From a virus, in the IMG/VR virus record IMGVR_UViG_3300027419_000023: 64,000 bases of DNA. One strand, written 5' to 3'. Below the pieces are notes generated by a model, which did no database searches, had not been told where the DNA came from, and worked only from the letters and a program-made list of their open reading frames with translations. The translations under genes and the position numbers were made by a program. This document shows, in pieces, positions 39,974 through 50,370 of the stretch; the stretch's first letter is position 1, and each line of letters begins with the position of its first letter.

Positions 39974-40411
39974 ATGAAAGTTATTGACTACGATCCATCG
40001 GAAAAGATCCCTCCGATTATGGAGAAGGATATAAATAGTAAGCTAATAATATCGACGTTAGTATCTCCGACTAAAATACTTTTTCTTAGTTACATGCAAA
40101 AAGAAAATATATCAGGGAATAAATTACGATTTCGCGGAATTTGTTTCGGTGGGGTAGACAAGATGGATACTAAAAATACTCGTGATCCTGTAACCTGGTC
40201 AGATAGTCCTAACCACGGAGAAACTATAATAGAACTACTAATCAATCTATATGAAAGTTATTCCGAAATAAACTGGATAGTAACATTCCTTATATTAGAA
40301 TCCGATAGTGATCTACGAGACTTTATGACCAGTTATAATCTGCATGGAACTCCGTTCGGATCCGAATTATTAACCTATTGGAAACGTCTAACAAATACAG
40401 AGGTAATGTAA
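39974..40411 (+). CDS. Paralog family B, member 1
   Basis: MKVIDYDP...IPPIMEKD...ILESDSDL. Confidence 0.65.
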   Translation: MKVIDYDPSEKIPPIMEKDINSKLIISTLVSPTKILFLSYMQKENISGNKLRFRGICFGGVDKMDTKNTRDPVTWSDSPNHGETIIELLINLYESYSEINWIVTFLILESDSDLRDFMTSYNLHGTPFGSELLTYWKRLTNTEVM

Positions 40412-40646
40412 TGTCTCTTAAAGTCGGTCAGTCAATTACTCTAGGAGATGGTCGTCAAGGCATCATAAAGTATATAAGTCCCAGGAAAGAACTAGTAAAC
40501 GAATATGCAACAGGTGACTCATATCCGACTAGTTCGTATGAACGTCGAGAAGTCACTGTCATTTTAAGGAATGGCTTTCAGGTTACTACGAAATTGAGAA
40601 CTGGATCTAGTTATTTGGGAACAAACATATGGTCGAGGTTTTACTA

Positions 40647-41138
40647 ATGTTACGAGAAATATTTAATAAGTTTAGCGGTCAGAAACCGTCAGAACAGGTG
40701 GCCAAAGCACGTCATGCCGAAGATGAGACATTCAATTCTAACCTAACGTTATCTGAATGCAGTGACAAGTTGATCAGGAAGTACGTTCCCGAGGAATATT
40801 TATATGACGTTGAATGTACAAGAGCTGAGAAACTCGTAACAGACAGTAATTTCGATTATTATATCGTAATAAACAAAGACGATTTCGGTAATAAATTATA
40901 TCGTATTCATATATATAAACAGGATTTGGTTAATACTAGACATACAAATAGAACAACAAGTCTTTCTGATTCCGAAACTTGCAAGTTCATCATCGAACAT
41001 TTCGAGGACATCAAAAAGTATCTATTGTCCCGAGTGGATAAAATTCAAGAGGAAACCAACGCTAAGAAAAACGAAAGGATTAGAACTCAACACTGCCTAA
41101 GCAAGTTGAATAGACTTATAGAGAGTGATCGACTTTGA
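40647..41138 (+). CDS. Hypothetical protein
   Basis: GAGGT RBS before ATG 40647. Confidence 0.6.
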   Translation: MLREIFNKFSGQKPSEQVAKARHAEDETFNSNLTLSECSDKLIRKYVPEEYLYDVECTRAEKLVTDSNFDYYIVINKDDFGNKLYRIHIYKQDLVNTRHTNRTTSLSDSETCKFIIEHFEDIKKYLLSRVDKIQEETNAKKNERIRTQHCLSKLNRLIESDRL

Positions 41139-41557
41139 AAACAATAAGCAAGGATCCAGTTATTTGTATACCAAACGTCATGGAATGTGACATCAACAAG
41201 AAAATAATATTATTATATCTTCAAGATGAAGATACGAAATGGCTTTATGTTGCAGTGAAAATCGAGGATTTTATAGGTTTTATAGGTTGGTTTGGATGTA
41301 GTGTATCATGGAGCATTCCAGCCTACTGGAAGATAAAAAATTCCCTAATCGAACTCATATCAGAACCATATTCGAATCAATATAGTAGTTTCGAAAAGGA
41401 CATTTACATATTGGATTCATTGGAGGAACTTGAAATTAAACTAAGTGAAATGCCTTGCGAAATCAGTTGTGTCCTTAGAGACACAATACTATATTATGGC
41501 AATAGAATATGGATAAAGGAGATAGATTTAAATGAAACTACAATACGTTCCACATGA
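41135..41557 (+). CDS. Paralog family B, member 2
   Basis: MKTISKDP...IPNVMECD...YILDSLEEL. Confidence 0.65.
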   Translation: MKTISKDPVICIPNVMECDINKKIILLYLQDEDTKWLYVAVKIEDFIGFIGWFGCSVSWSIPAYWKIKNSLIELISEPYSNQYSSFEKDIYILDSLEELEIKLSEMPCEISCVLRDTILYYGNRIWIKEIDLNETTIRST

Positions 41558-41912
41558 CTACGATTATATGGAGCCTTAGGATATGTACGAAACGTTGTTT
41601 AATTTTATTACGGAAATTATAATACCGATACTGATATTACTTGCCATAATATTCGTGGGATCGTATGCAACGATTTTCTATACAATTGCCGCCTTTCCAA
41701 TAACGATAGTTCTTGGTTTGTTATGGATGGTTTATATAGTACATATAGGAGTTTAGTTTATGTTAAGAAATATTAGCATATTTAATGTCATACCGGAAAC
41801 CAACTGTAAGATCAGCCAACTAACCAAAGATCTATATGCATGGCATGACCCATTTTACAATATACCGTTTGAATCATCCCGTTATTGCAAATGCTGTGGT
41901 AGGAGGTTATAA

Positions 41913-42503
41913 ATGCCAACCTTTCAAAAGCCTTACGAGGCCTGGCAGTATGCATTGAATACCATAGATACGCATGGTAGTAAAGTCCATACTGAAGACA
42001 ATGCCCTGATCAGGGAATATCTAAACTTACACTTGGAAGTTTTGCATCCATTGGAAGGATATCCGTTGCCAGGTTCGGGTTGGGATCTGCCGGCTTTGGA
42101 TAAGTATGCATCTGATCTTTGCGAACAGTCCTATGACTTGAAAGGCTTCGACTATAACTACTGCGAACGGATGTCCCGGCAACTATACTATGCGAAGAAA
42201 ATGTTGAGGAATTATCCGACCACGAGAAGAGCTACCGTTTACTTATGGTTGCCAGAAAAAGATCTGGAAACATCCTTACATAAACCATGTCAGATCGTAG
42301 CTGATTATAAGCAACGGGAGGGTAAACTTTACGCTACTCATTTCTTTCGGTCGCATGACATAAGAGATGCTTGGCCGACCAACGTGTACGGACTAGCAAC
42401 CCTACAGAAGTCAATTGCCGAAGAACTTGGCTGTGACACGGGTTCGTTGACCACGTTCAGCGTGTCCGCACATTATTACATAGAGAAATCAAAAAGTATT
42501 TAA
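41913..42503 (+). CDS. thyA: Thymidylate synthase (short archaeal type)
   Basis: TRRA, PC, FRSHD, PTN, SAHYY. Confidence 0.85.
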   Translation: MPTFQKPYEAWQYALNTIDTHGSKVHTEDNALIREYLNLHLEVLHPLEGYPLPGSGWDLPALDKYASDLCEQSYDLKGFDYNYCERMSRQLYYAKKMLRNYPTTRRATVYLWLPEKDLETSLHKPCQIVADYKQREGKLYATHFFRSHDIRDAWPTNVYGLATLQKSIAEELGCDTGSLTTFSVSAHYYIEKSKSI

Positions 42504-42535
42504 CGTCTAACACTAACTAACATACGGTGATAGTA

Positions 42536-43081
42536 ATGGCTCTTAGTAATTGGGAAACAGCGGCATGGGACAAAAATGGCAATCCTATGCCTGGCGTTCT
42601 TACCATAGGTAGTATATCCACAGAGATATACAAGAACTGGATATATGTTAGAGATAGCGAGACCTGGAAATCTGAATCGTGTGGTTTCGGACACAACGTC
42701 GTCATGGAAATCCAGTTCGGCGACATACAGTACCGAGGATTCCGAATTAAGGCAATTCGCGGTCTTCAGAATTCCATAATGGCCGTAATACAATATGGAT
42801 ATAGTAGTGACGACAACTACCAAGTCATGTATGCAATCGGAGCTTATGCGTATTCTCGTAGGAAGTGCGTAGGTATAGTGCCAAACACGGTCAAGAAGTT
42901 TAGAGAATCAAAATTCTTTAGGGACGAGCTTATAGAATTTCCGGAATTCAAAGGTCTTGAGCAATACAATCAAGGTGATGCATTCATAGTCAAAGAGTTG
43001 TTCGGAGAACGTCCTGAGATAATCGCCACAAAAATAGGAGAATGCAAACCAACCATATTAGAGAGGATGCTCAGCAAGTAG
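42536..43081 (+). CDS. Hypothetical protein
   Basis: GGTGA RBS; MALSNWETAAW. Confidence 0.6.
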   Translation: MALSNWETAAWDKNGNPMPGVLTIGSISTEIYKNWIYVRDSETWKSESCGFGHNVVMEIQFGDIQYRGFRIKAIRGLQNSIMAVIQYGYSSDDNYQVMYAIGAYAYSRRKCVGIVPNTVKKFRESKFFRDELIEFPEFKGLEQYNQGDAFIVKELFGERPEIIATKIGECKPTILERMLSK

Positions 43082-43091
43082 AGCTGGTAAT

Positions 43092-43499
43092 ATGAGAATC
43101 ATTACAAGGAATCCATCTCAATTCGTACCCAATCTTAGGGAGAGCGACCGCTATGAAAATCTGGTAATAGCGGATATAAAGGATTCTGATTCTTATCAAC
43201 GCATAGCTTGCGTTATCAATTCTGACAATAATTTGTTGACTTGGTACGGTAGCTATGATCTAAAGAATCCAAGAAGAAATGATTCACATTGCTATGAATG
43301 GGCGTGGCGCACTACTAGAAATTTATTGTTTCTAATATCAAAGTCTTGGAGGTATTGGACATCAAACGGCGATGACCTAAAAATGTACGTAGCAGAATCA
43401 CCTCAGGACGTCGTAGATGCTCTCGAAGACGCCGGAGTTACTACCCATACGGTACTTCTCGAAATCTTGGAAAAGTTCCCAAAGGAAGTAACCCAATGA
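43092..43499 (+). CDS. Paralog family B, member 3
   Basis: MRIITRNP...VPNLRESD...YVAESPQDV. Confidence 0.7.
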   Translation: MRIITRNPSQFVPNLRESDRYENLVIADIKDSDSYQRIACVINSDNNLLTWYGSYDLKNPRRNDSHCYEWAWRTTRNLLFLISKSWRYWTSNGDDLKMYVAESPQDVVDALEDAGVTTHTVLLEILEKFPKEVTQ

Positions 43500-43891
43500 G
43501 AACCATTACAAAGAATCCATCTGATGTTGTACCTAACCTACTGGAATGCGACCGCTATAAGTCATTAATCGTAATTGGAATATCGCGGTCATTTGATAAC
43601 GTACGGGAAGTAGCATGCATATTTAACACTCCAAGAAATTGTCTTAATTGGTTCGGCGACCGACTGACCAGCGAAGGCTACGAATGGTTCTGGGAGAGCG
43701 AACCAGAAACAACCCTAGTTGATTTTATCATAAGGTCTTGGACTACCTGGACAAGATCGTGCCATCATCTTGAGATCTATATATTAGAAGATCTCCCGGA
43801 AGTTATAACAACCCTAGATAAGCTAGGTGTACCGCTCGGAGCCCTACGAGAAAATATAATTTCGAAATGCCCACAATCCTGGAGGAAGTGA
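43496..43891 (+). CDS. Paralog family B, member 4
   Basis: MRTITKNP...VPNLLECD...YILEDLPEV. Confidence 0.7.
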   Translation: MRTITKNPSDVVPNLLECDRYKSLIVIGISRSFDNVREVACIFNTPRNCLNWFGDRLTSEGYEWFWESEPETTLVDFIIRSWTTWTRSCHHLEIYILEDLPEVITTLDKLGVPLGALRENIISKCPQSWRK

Positions 43892-43897
43892 TACCAT

Positions 43898-44263
43898 ATG
43901 AAAGAAATTAAGTTTTATCCGGACAGATCTTACGCTACCAGAATGATAAGTACTGGAACAATATCACTGGAAGAAGCTATTTCACTATGCAAGACGTATG
44001 GACTCATAGTAATGGTTCTAAAATCATCGAATGACGAGCTTGAATTCTTTCAAATCATTCGTGTATTACCAAACAACACGGTAGTAGTACTAGAAGGATG
44101 TGATTGTACAAATCGAATACATCAACCTTGGCATAATAGTAATGTTAATAATTTTATGGAAGGAATAATACATGGTTTTCCGCATACTGAGGGATATTAC
44201 GTAGAATCATTTAGAGAGGTTGTCAAGATAATTAGCGTTACTTTTCCGGGTTGGATGCTATGA
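43898..44263 (+). CDS. Possible divergent family B member
   Basis: Similar size; YYVESFREV near the C-terminus. Confidence 0.45.
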   Translation: MKEIKFYPDRSYATRMISTGTISLEEAISLCKTYGLIVMVLKSSNDELEFFQIIRVLPNNTVVVLEGCDCTNRIHQPWHNSNVNNFMEGIIHGFPHTEGYYVESFREVVKIISVTFPGWML

Positions 44264-44634
44264 AGATTATTACCAAGAATCCCAGAGATGTGGTTCCTAA
44301 CATTTTAGAAAAGGATTTAGACGATAAAATATTTATAGTACTGACAGACATAGGCCACTCGACGTATCTGAGTTTTGTCGAAGAGATATCTACTGGCGGC
44401 ATGAAGTATCAGACAAGTGTTGGTAATATATGCGGGAGTATCGTCTGGTTAGGTTATTATTCCTCTACTCTAGTGGAACTACTCATACGAGAATTTAACA
44501 TATCTGGAGTTAATAATCCCAGAATTATAATACTAGAGAGTCCGGAAGATGTAGAGTATTTCATAAAGGATTATGACGTGACAAATAGTGAGTTAATTCA
44601 CAAAATAAAAAGAGCAAGCTCAGTGAGGTGGTAA
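44260..44634 (+). CDS. Paralog family B, member 5
   Basis: MKIITKNP...VPNILEKD...IILESPEDV. Confidence 0.7.
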   Translation: MKIITKNPRDVVPNILEKDLDDKIFIVLTDIGHSTYLSFVEEISTGGMKYQTSVGNICGSIVWLGYYSSTLVELLIREFNISGVNNPRIIILESPEDVEYFIKDYDVTNSELIHKIKRASSVRW

Positions 44635-44635
44635 T

Positions 44636-45001
44636 ATGAGAACTATTACGAGAAGCCCTGTAAATACCGTGCCAACTCTATTGGAAAGAGACATAACTAA
44701 CAATATCGTGATAGTAGTAGAAATCATCCCACCAGAGACATACCTCTGCATTTGCGAGAAAGTTCAAAATCTATGGTGCGAAGCAATCATCGGTGTAACT
44801 AATGGAAATACTATGTGGCCCGGTTTTGCAGAGCCCACCTTAATAGACTTATTAATAAAGGAATATAAATATTTTGGTGATATATGCGATAGGATCGTTA
44901 TTTTAGAATCCCGTCAGGACGTAGATAAATTCATCAAGGACTATAGTATCAGTAATAATTCGATATTGGGAAGATTATTTAGTAAGTCGTTTAAACAGTA
45001 A
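44636..45001 (+). CDS. Paralog family B, member 6
   Basis: MRTITRSP...VPTLLERD...VILESRQDV. Confidence 0.7.
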   Translation: MRTITRSPVNTVPTLLERDITNNIVIVVEIIPPETYLCICEKVQNLWCEAIIGVTNGNTMWPGFAEPTLIDLLIKEYKYFGDICDRIVILESRQDVDKFIKDYSISNNSILGRLFSKSFKQ

Positions 45002-45006
45002 GTATG

Positions 45007-47610
45007 CTAACCTTCCCAGCCACCTCCCAACCGTATAGCTTTTTTGGGTAACTTGGGCAACACAAAATTACTTCTATTATTTAAATAAAAGATTGCTTGG
45101 GTGAGAGCGTCGACTTGATCGTCGTGACGAGACGTGGGGAACGCTGCCAGCTCTTCGAGTAGGTCATGAAGCCAGGGAGCATTTTTGGGTTGAGGTAGCC
45201 ACACGTTACCGGACTCTATGTACGGTGTGATGGCTTGGGCTCTAACTACTTTGCCGCCCTGGGGTTCAATTGGAATGAGGCCTGGTAGCTCTCTCTTAAG
45301 CATTGTGATGACTGCAGGACCGTTTGCCTTATCTTCTATTAGTTTAGCGGTGACTCTCGGCCACTTAGCAGAAAGTGTCCTAATATTCTGCATGGTTGTT
45401 ATAATATCCATGCGGTCACGTTTCTGGTCTAGCAAATAGAAATCTCCACCTTTACGACCCCAGATTTGAATTACAACGTAGTCGGTACCGTCGGTTTCCT
45501 TGAACGTGCAATCCGCTGATAGCACTACTATATCCATATGATTTTGAAGGCTTAATGGTTCCGCTGGATAGAATTGGTTTCTGTTGGGAGGCACTGCTAT
45601 CGGATCTCCCCACCAACCCCTATTAAAGATGGTGCCTCCTGGAGGACTTGGTCTCTGTTGGTATAGGGACGACCAGGTATAAGTTCCCGCGGATATCTTA
45701 GTGGCTTCGATATCTTCCAAGGAACCGTACCGCCATGACCACAAACATTCTCCAATTTGTCGTGGGTCCTCTAGCTCTAACGGATCCTCGGCAATCATTG
45801 GAAATTTCAGGACGGTCCATTGCTCTGCCTTCGGATTAGATGCCGCAAGTGACAGTAGTCGACCTGCCAAGTCATCTGCGTGCCAACGAGTCAGCGTAAT
45901 TAATATCCGGGCATCTTGATTAAGTCGTCTGGTATAAAAATCGTTTACATACCAATTATACGTTGTATTTCGGATAGTAATGGATTCTGCGTCTTGTCGA
46001 CCTCGCAACGGATCATCTATGATACCATAGAAAAATCTCTTGCCAGTGATAGATCCGCCGACTCCCGCGCACTTATAGTAGCCTTTGTGGCCAACTATCT
46101 CGAAGTTTCCTCGGTTACGAGAAGCTGTACTGCCAACTAAACTGTTCCGGCCATTCCTACTGCTCAGGGAGACTTCTGGGAATACCTCTCGGTAGGCATC
46201 ACTGTCCATGATGCGTTGCACGTCGATATTCATGTCTTCGACTAGAGATGCTGCATAGGACGTAGCCATTATACCTACGTTCGGATTCTTGCCGAATATC
46301 CATGCGGGCAGACGCCGAGAAACCAGTTCACTGTTATGTACAACGATATCATTTGCAGTAAATGTATGATCATTCTCTATTTCTATACATCTACATTTAT
46401 GTTTGCCTACTGGAATTATACTTACAATTCTATCAGCATCATACCTATTATCAACAAATCTATTTGCTTTTACATTCCAATTAGAAAGTTTATTTTTCTT
46501 TGATCCTATTAACCTAATATACTTTTTAAACAGGTAAGAATTTGTCGCATCGGATATATTCAATGACCAAGATATATATGGTTTGCCTTTATATTTGCTA
46601 TTTTTTTGTCTTAATGTAGTTGATATTCCTAGGCGTAACATCAAACTTTGTATGGATCTCAATAAATCTCTACTAACAGAATAAAGCATTATCGTACAAT
46701 TGTTTCTATCACTATTCTTTAATCCTATATATCCATCACATGAAAAATACGACCCTATAAAAGCGGCAATTTGTTCATTTGTGCCTTTATATATCCATTC
46801 AGGTATTCGTTTCGTATATGACGTACCTACAAGACCTTTATTTCGTAGCCATTGTTTAATGCCGCCAATCACATCATACCTATATTTACCATGAGGTGAC
46901 TTATACCATTTAAATCCTAATTTTTCGATATGTTTCGTAAAATCTTTTATAATAATTTGATCGGCATTTGTAAAATTGCTAGAGTTTGATCCTTGATTAT
47001 TGGAGTTAGTTGATCCGTCACCAATAAAGTAACCAGCGATTATAAATTCATCTAATGTATTTGTTGCCGCTGGCTGTATTTTTTGATTAGTTGATATTGC
47101 TAAATAGTCTCCCAATTCAAGTTCTGATGCATTTTTCCATCCATCTGATGTTAGAAATGTATGGTCATATGCTGTTATACATTTTCTACCGTGATATGTT
47201 GATATTTCAAGGCATTCTAATTCGCCTTGATCATATATCTCTTTAACGACATCCGGTTCTCCATTTCCATTTATTACAACATCATTTATTTGTATATCAC
47301 CTAATTTTTTATATATGCCGTTATACATTAATACGGGTGTATCTATTGATAACGGTTTACCTGAACCTGGCGGCATAAATATCATTAGGCGCTTTAGATC
47401 TCCAAATGCCCATCTCTCCAAATAATCACATATGATTTTATGGTGCCAGTTCGTGTTGTAATCCGGAGAAGTGTACTGCGTAAAGTCTAGTAAGTGTTTG
47501 CGAGCCTTGGCTTTCGCTAGAGCACGTTTGCCGCGTTCTTTATTCAAAAGCAATGGAGATGGACTGCCATCCGGATTTGTTAGGGAAGACTTTAATATTG
47601 GTAAGGACAT
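45007..47610 (-). CDS. terL: Terminase large subunit (intein-containing)
   Basis: PPGSGK|SE Walker A, IIDDP, TRWHxDD, LYQQRP, IEDKANG, HDDQVDA. Confidence 0.95.
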   Translation of the reverse strand: MSLPILKSSLTNPDGSPSPLLLNKERGKRALAKAKARKHLLDFTQYTSPDYNTNWHHKIICDYLERWAFGDLKRLMIFMPPGSGKPLSIDTPVLMYNGIYKKLGDIQINDVVINGNGEPDVVKEIYDQGELECLEISTYHGRKCITAYDHTFLTSDGWKNASELELGDYLAISTNQKIQPAATNTLDEFIIAGYFIGDGSTNSNNQGSNSSNFTNADQIIIKDFTKHIEKLGFKWYKSPHGKYRYDVIGGIKQWLRNKGLVGTSYTKRIPEWIYKGTNEQIAAFIGSYFSCDGYIGLKNSDRNNCTIMLYSVSRDLLRSIQSLMLRLGISTTLRQKNSKYKGKPYISWSLNISDATNSYLFKKYIRLIGSKKNKLSNWNVKANRFVDNRYDADRIVSIIPVGKHKCRCIEIENDHTFTANDIVVHNSELVSRRLPAWIFGKNPNVGIMATSYAASLVEDMNIDVQRIMDSDAYREVFPEVSLSSRNGRNSLVGSTASRNRGNFEIVGHKGYYKCAGVGGSITGKRFFYGIIDDPLRGRQDAESITIRNTTYNWYVNDFYTRRLNQDARILITLTRWHADDLAGRLLSLAASNPKAEQWTVLKFPMIAEDPLELEDPRQIGECLWSWRYGSLEDIEATKISAGTYTWSSLYQQRPSPPGGTIFNRGWWGDPIAVPPNRNQFYPAEPLSLQNHMDIVVLSADCTFKETDGTDYVVIQIWGRKGGDFYLLDQKRDRMDIITTMQNIRTLSAKWPRVTAKLIEDKANGPAVITMLKRELPGLIPIEPQGGKVVRAQAITPYIESGNVWLPQPKNAPWLHDLLEELAAFPTSRHDDQVDALTQAIFYLNNRSNFVLPKLPKKAIRLGGGWEG
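46333..47355 (-). mobile_element. 341-aa intein with LAGLIDADG endonuclease in the TerL Walker A
   Basis: Starts PLSIDTPV, ends VVHN|S; AGYFIGDG and IGSYFSCDG motifs; more AT-rich than the exteins. Confidence 0.92.
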
Positions 47611-47655
47611 AATAACGACCAAAATGTTTAAATATAAAACAACTAATAACTACTT

Positions 47656-47982
47656 ATGAAACACGTTATTCCAGAAGGAAAGGCAGTAGAAAAATTGAAT
47701 GGTAATACGATTTCTACGAAGCATATAGATATTAATAAAATAGTAGTGGTTACCCGACGCACGATATATAAAACAGACGAACTTTTCATGCTGGTCCAGA
47801 CCGCTGAATTGCCTGGAAAATGGCATTTGGCTAGTTTAACCCATTCAGTAAATCACTTATATCACAGGAATGCATCTACTCCCTTTGAGATACTTGACGA
47901 AATTACCTACAAAGATGACCACATATATCAATTCGAAGATCCGTCTGAGTTTGTTCAGTGGTTATCCAAGAATATAAGTTAA
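47656..47982 (+). CDS. Hypothetical protein, possibly distant family B
   Basis: Own BRE-TATA promoter at 47618-47634; IYQFEDPSEF. Confidence 0.55.
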   Translation: MKHVIPEGKAVEKLNGNTISTKHIDINKIVVVTRRTIYKTDELFMLVQTAELPGKWHLASLTHSVNHLYHRNASTPFEILDEITYKDDHIYQFEDPSEFVQWLSKNIS

Positions 47983-48218
47983 TTCGTTTTTGTGGGTACT
48001 TTACTGACAGAAAGTGAAGTACCTTCTCGCTCGCCATCGAAACTTACTATCCTGAGTACGATGTTGCCAAGGCCGTTCTTCTTGCAAGGTTCGCAAATGG
48101 TTTTTTTGTCCATTAGGACCTTCACGTTGTTGGATGACAATGACTTGTTGGACTGCAATGACGTTTTGTTATGGCAGTTAGGACACTCTAAAAAAATTTT
48201 CATGAATATTATCCTCAT
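47979..48218 (-). CDS. Zinc-ribbon protein
   Basis: CPNC...CEPC. Confidence 0.55.
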   Translation of the reverse strand: MRIIFMKIFLECPNCHNKTSLQSNKSLSSNNVKVLMDKKTICEPCKKNGLGNIVLRIVSFDGEREGTSLSVSKVPTKTN

Positions 48219-48629
48219 GTTATTTATAGTAATTATCTAATAAATTCCTTTTACAGGTAAACCAGCTAATGCTCTTTCAGCTAGGTAATCTCCGAATAAT
48301 CCTTCAATTACTTCTTCGTATCCCCAATGCCATAGGAAATAGTAGGTATCGGATTCATAGTACTTAACGGATGCAAGTTCCCTTTTCCAGGCTTGTCGTC
48401 TCCTAGTTCTGATCCGGTAATCCTTCCAGCCTCTCATACGTCCCCATTGTTGCCAGGGATGGTAGTCTCTTATAGTGTATTTAAATAAGTTTTGCTCAGG
48501 TATCTTGTTAGAAGTTATCCAACCACGGTATCCTGGTCCCAACAATAATGGATGCTTATTGTATGCTCGGAGAGTTCTGGTCAAAGAAGTCAACTCCTTA
48601 TTAACTTATTATAAGGGCATTGCTAACAT

Positions 48630-49067
48630 TTACAGTCGGAACTTAACTTGGTAACCGCGGCCAGGTACTCTATATTTCCGCGGATTATCGTAGTTCTGAG
48701 CTGGTCCAGTACCTAACGTATAAAGACCGGACAATAGTGATCCTTCCCAATGGAACGGTCTGTTACCACGCTGTGAACCAGTATCCAGTACGGGTTCGTT
48801 CTCCTTGTAGAGATACCAGTTCTTTTGCTCGCCAGAAGCAAACATGTTGTACGTATGGTCACTGATACCTCCGGTCTTCTTGTCAATGATAGTTAGGTAA
48901 CTGACGGAACCGCTAGTACCGTCTTGTTGTACGACTCGCTTCTGTTTGATGGTCAGGTCTTCGAACTTTAACAGTAAAGTGATGTCGTCGGTCGGAGTTG
49001 CATCCTCGGATGTACTGGTAGGTTCTATCATTTCTTCTCCGCTTTCAGGTTTAGATTTTCTTCCCAT
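48630..49067 (-). CDS. Hypothetical protein
   Basis: GGAGA RBS. Confidence 0.6.
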   Translation of the reverse strand: MGRKSKPESGEEMIEPTSTSEDATPTDDITLLLKFEDLTIKQKRVVQQDGTSGSVSYLTIIDKKTGGISDHTYNMFASGEQKNWYLYKENEPVLDTGSQRGNRPFHWEGSLLSGLYTLGTGPAQNYDNPRKYRVPGRGYQVKFRL

Positions 49068-49085
49068 GGTTTATTCTCCTTGTTC

Positions 49086-49190
49086 TTACGTTCCTTCTTT
49101 GTCTAACTTTTTCTGGCAACTGGCACAAATTGGCTTCTCCCAGTTCGGGATCTTCTTGCCGCAGATCTTACATTTCTTAATGGAAATCAC
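49086..49190 (-). CDS. C4 zinc-finger microprotein (not in ORF track)
   Basis: KKCKICGKKIPNWEKPICASC. Confidence 0.5.
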   Translation of the reverse strand: MISIKKCKICGKKIPNWEKPICASCQKKLDKEGT

Positions 49191-49199
49191 CGCTAAAAG

Positions 49200-49250
49200 T
49201 TTCAGTCGGGATTCGAACCCAAGAAACACTACCAAAAATAGTAACTGAAA
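49200..49250 (-). ncRNA. Miniature tRNA-like element (acceptor stem plus T-arm, single middle hairpin)
   Basis: TTTCAGT/ACTGAAA stem enclosing TGGG-TTCGAAT-CCCG. Confidence 0.45.
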
Positions 49251-49292
49251 ACAGAACTATATAACACGATAAATAAAGATGGATGACGGGAC

Positions 49293-49748
49293 TTACACCC
49301 AGCCCCAGACACCATTACTACCAAGCTTATAGACTCCGCCCATACGGCTTGCGGACAGCCAGGACACTACTCCCCAGGCAGCAAGATCGTCGTTATTCTT
49401 AATGCCGAGTTCTCCGGATTCGACAGTTGGCAACACGTAATATGCCGTATGGATGCCAAGGTTACCGCGATCAGGCAGCTCTACGTCGAAGGTCGTGTCC
49501 CCAGTAGCTAACGAGATATTGCCCTCGTCCTTAACGGTCTGTCCAAACACGTTAATGAACTTCAGGTTGCCGACTACTGGAGCACTTGGATTAGTTACTG
49601 TGACCTTGTCTCCCGTTGGGTCGATCATACTAAGGTAGGGCGCCCCCTTACCAAAGACATCGCTGTTATAAGGTATACCAGCTGCTGCAAGTCCAAGCAC
49701 GATACCAAGGGCCATTACAAGCCCTACCAACTTTCCAAGCGTTGTCAT
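49293..49748 (-). CDS. Secreted protein with signal peptide
   Basis: MTTLGKLVGLVMALGIVLGLAAA|. Confidence 0.65.
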   Translation of the reverse strand: MTTLGKLVGLVMALGIVLGLAAAGIPYNSDVFGKGAPYLSMIDPTGDKVTVTNPSAPVVGNLKFINVFGQTVKDEGNISLATGDTTFDVELPDRGNLGIHTAYYVLPTVESGELGIKNNDDLAAWGVVSWLSASRMGGVYKLGSNGVWGWV

Positions 49749-50370
49749 TTTTTATCCTCTCCAAGTTTTTCTTAACAATAACTACTATACGTTATTCATA
49801 TATAAAGGTTTTGGTTAGGTACGTTCAACTACCGGACATAACCCACAGTACAGGACGATACCCTGTTCTGTATTGTATTTTCGGAGCATACCACATTGTT
49901 CCGAACATAATATTAGGCTTTTCTTCCCTATGGAAAGTAATGGACATATTGATAGACCAAGTTCAATCAATGTTCCACCTGCTCCAAGAATATTTTAATA
50001 TAATATGCCCTATAATATAAGATACAAATATTACTAATAATATCGAGATGAAGTAAACACCTAGTAAATTGCCCCACATATCAATAGCTATGTAAAAAAA
50101 AGACTACCGTGGATATAACAAAGAATCCAACTAGGATCGTAAATATTACTTCCAACCAGTCCATAAGATCAATCCATCCGTAGTCCCAGTTGGTTGGCAA
50201 ACCATCCCAGAACATACATGAATAGTGGCAGCAAGAGTAACATATAATATCCAACGATACTACATAAGATAAGGACACCAGAGCTCACTATTACTATCAT
50301 ACCTATTAGTATTAACAACATTAAGCCGTTAAACATTGTATCAAGTATCGACATTTCTTGTTTCATAATA

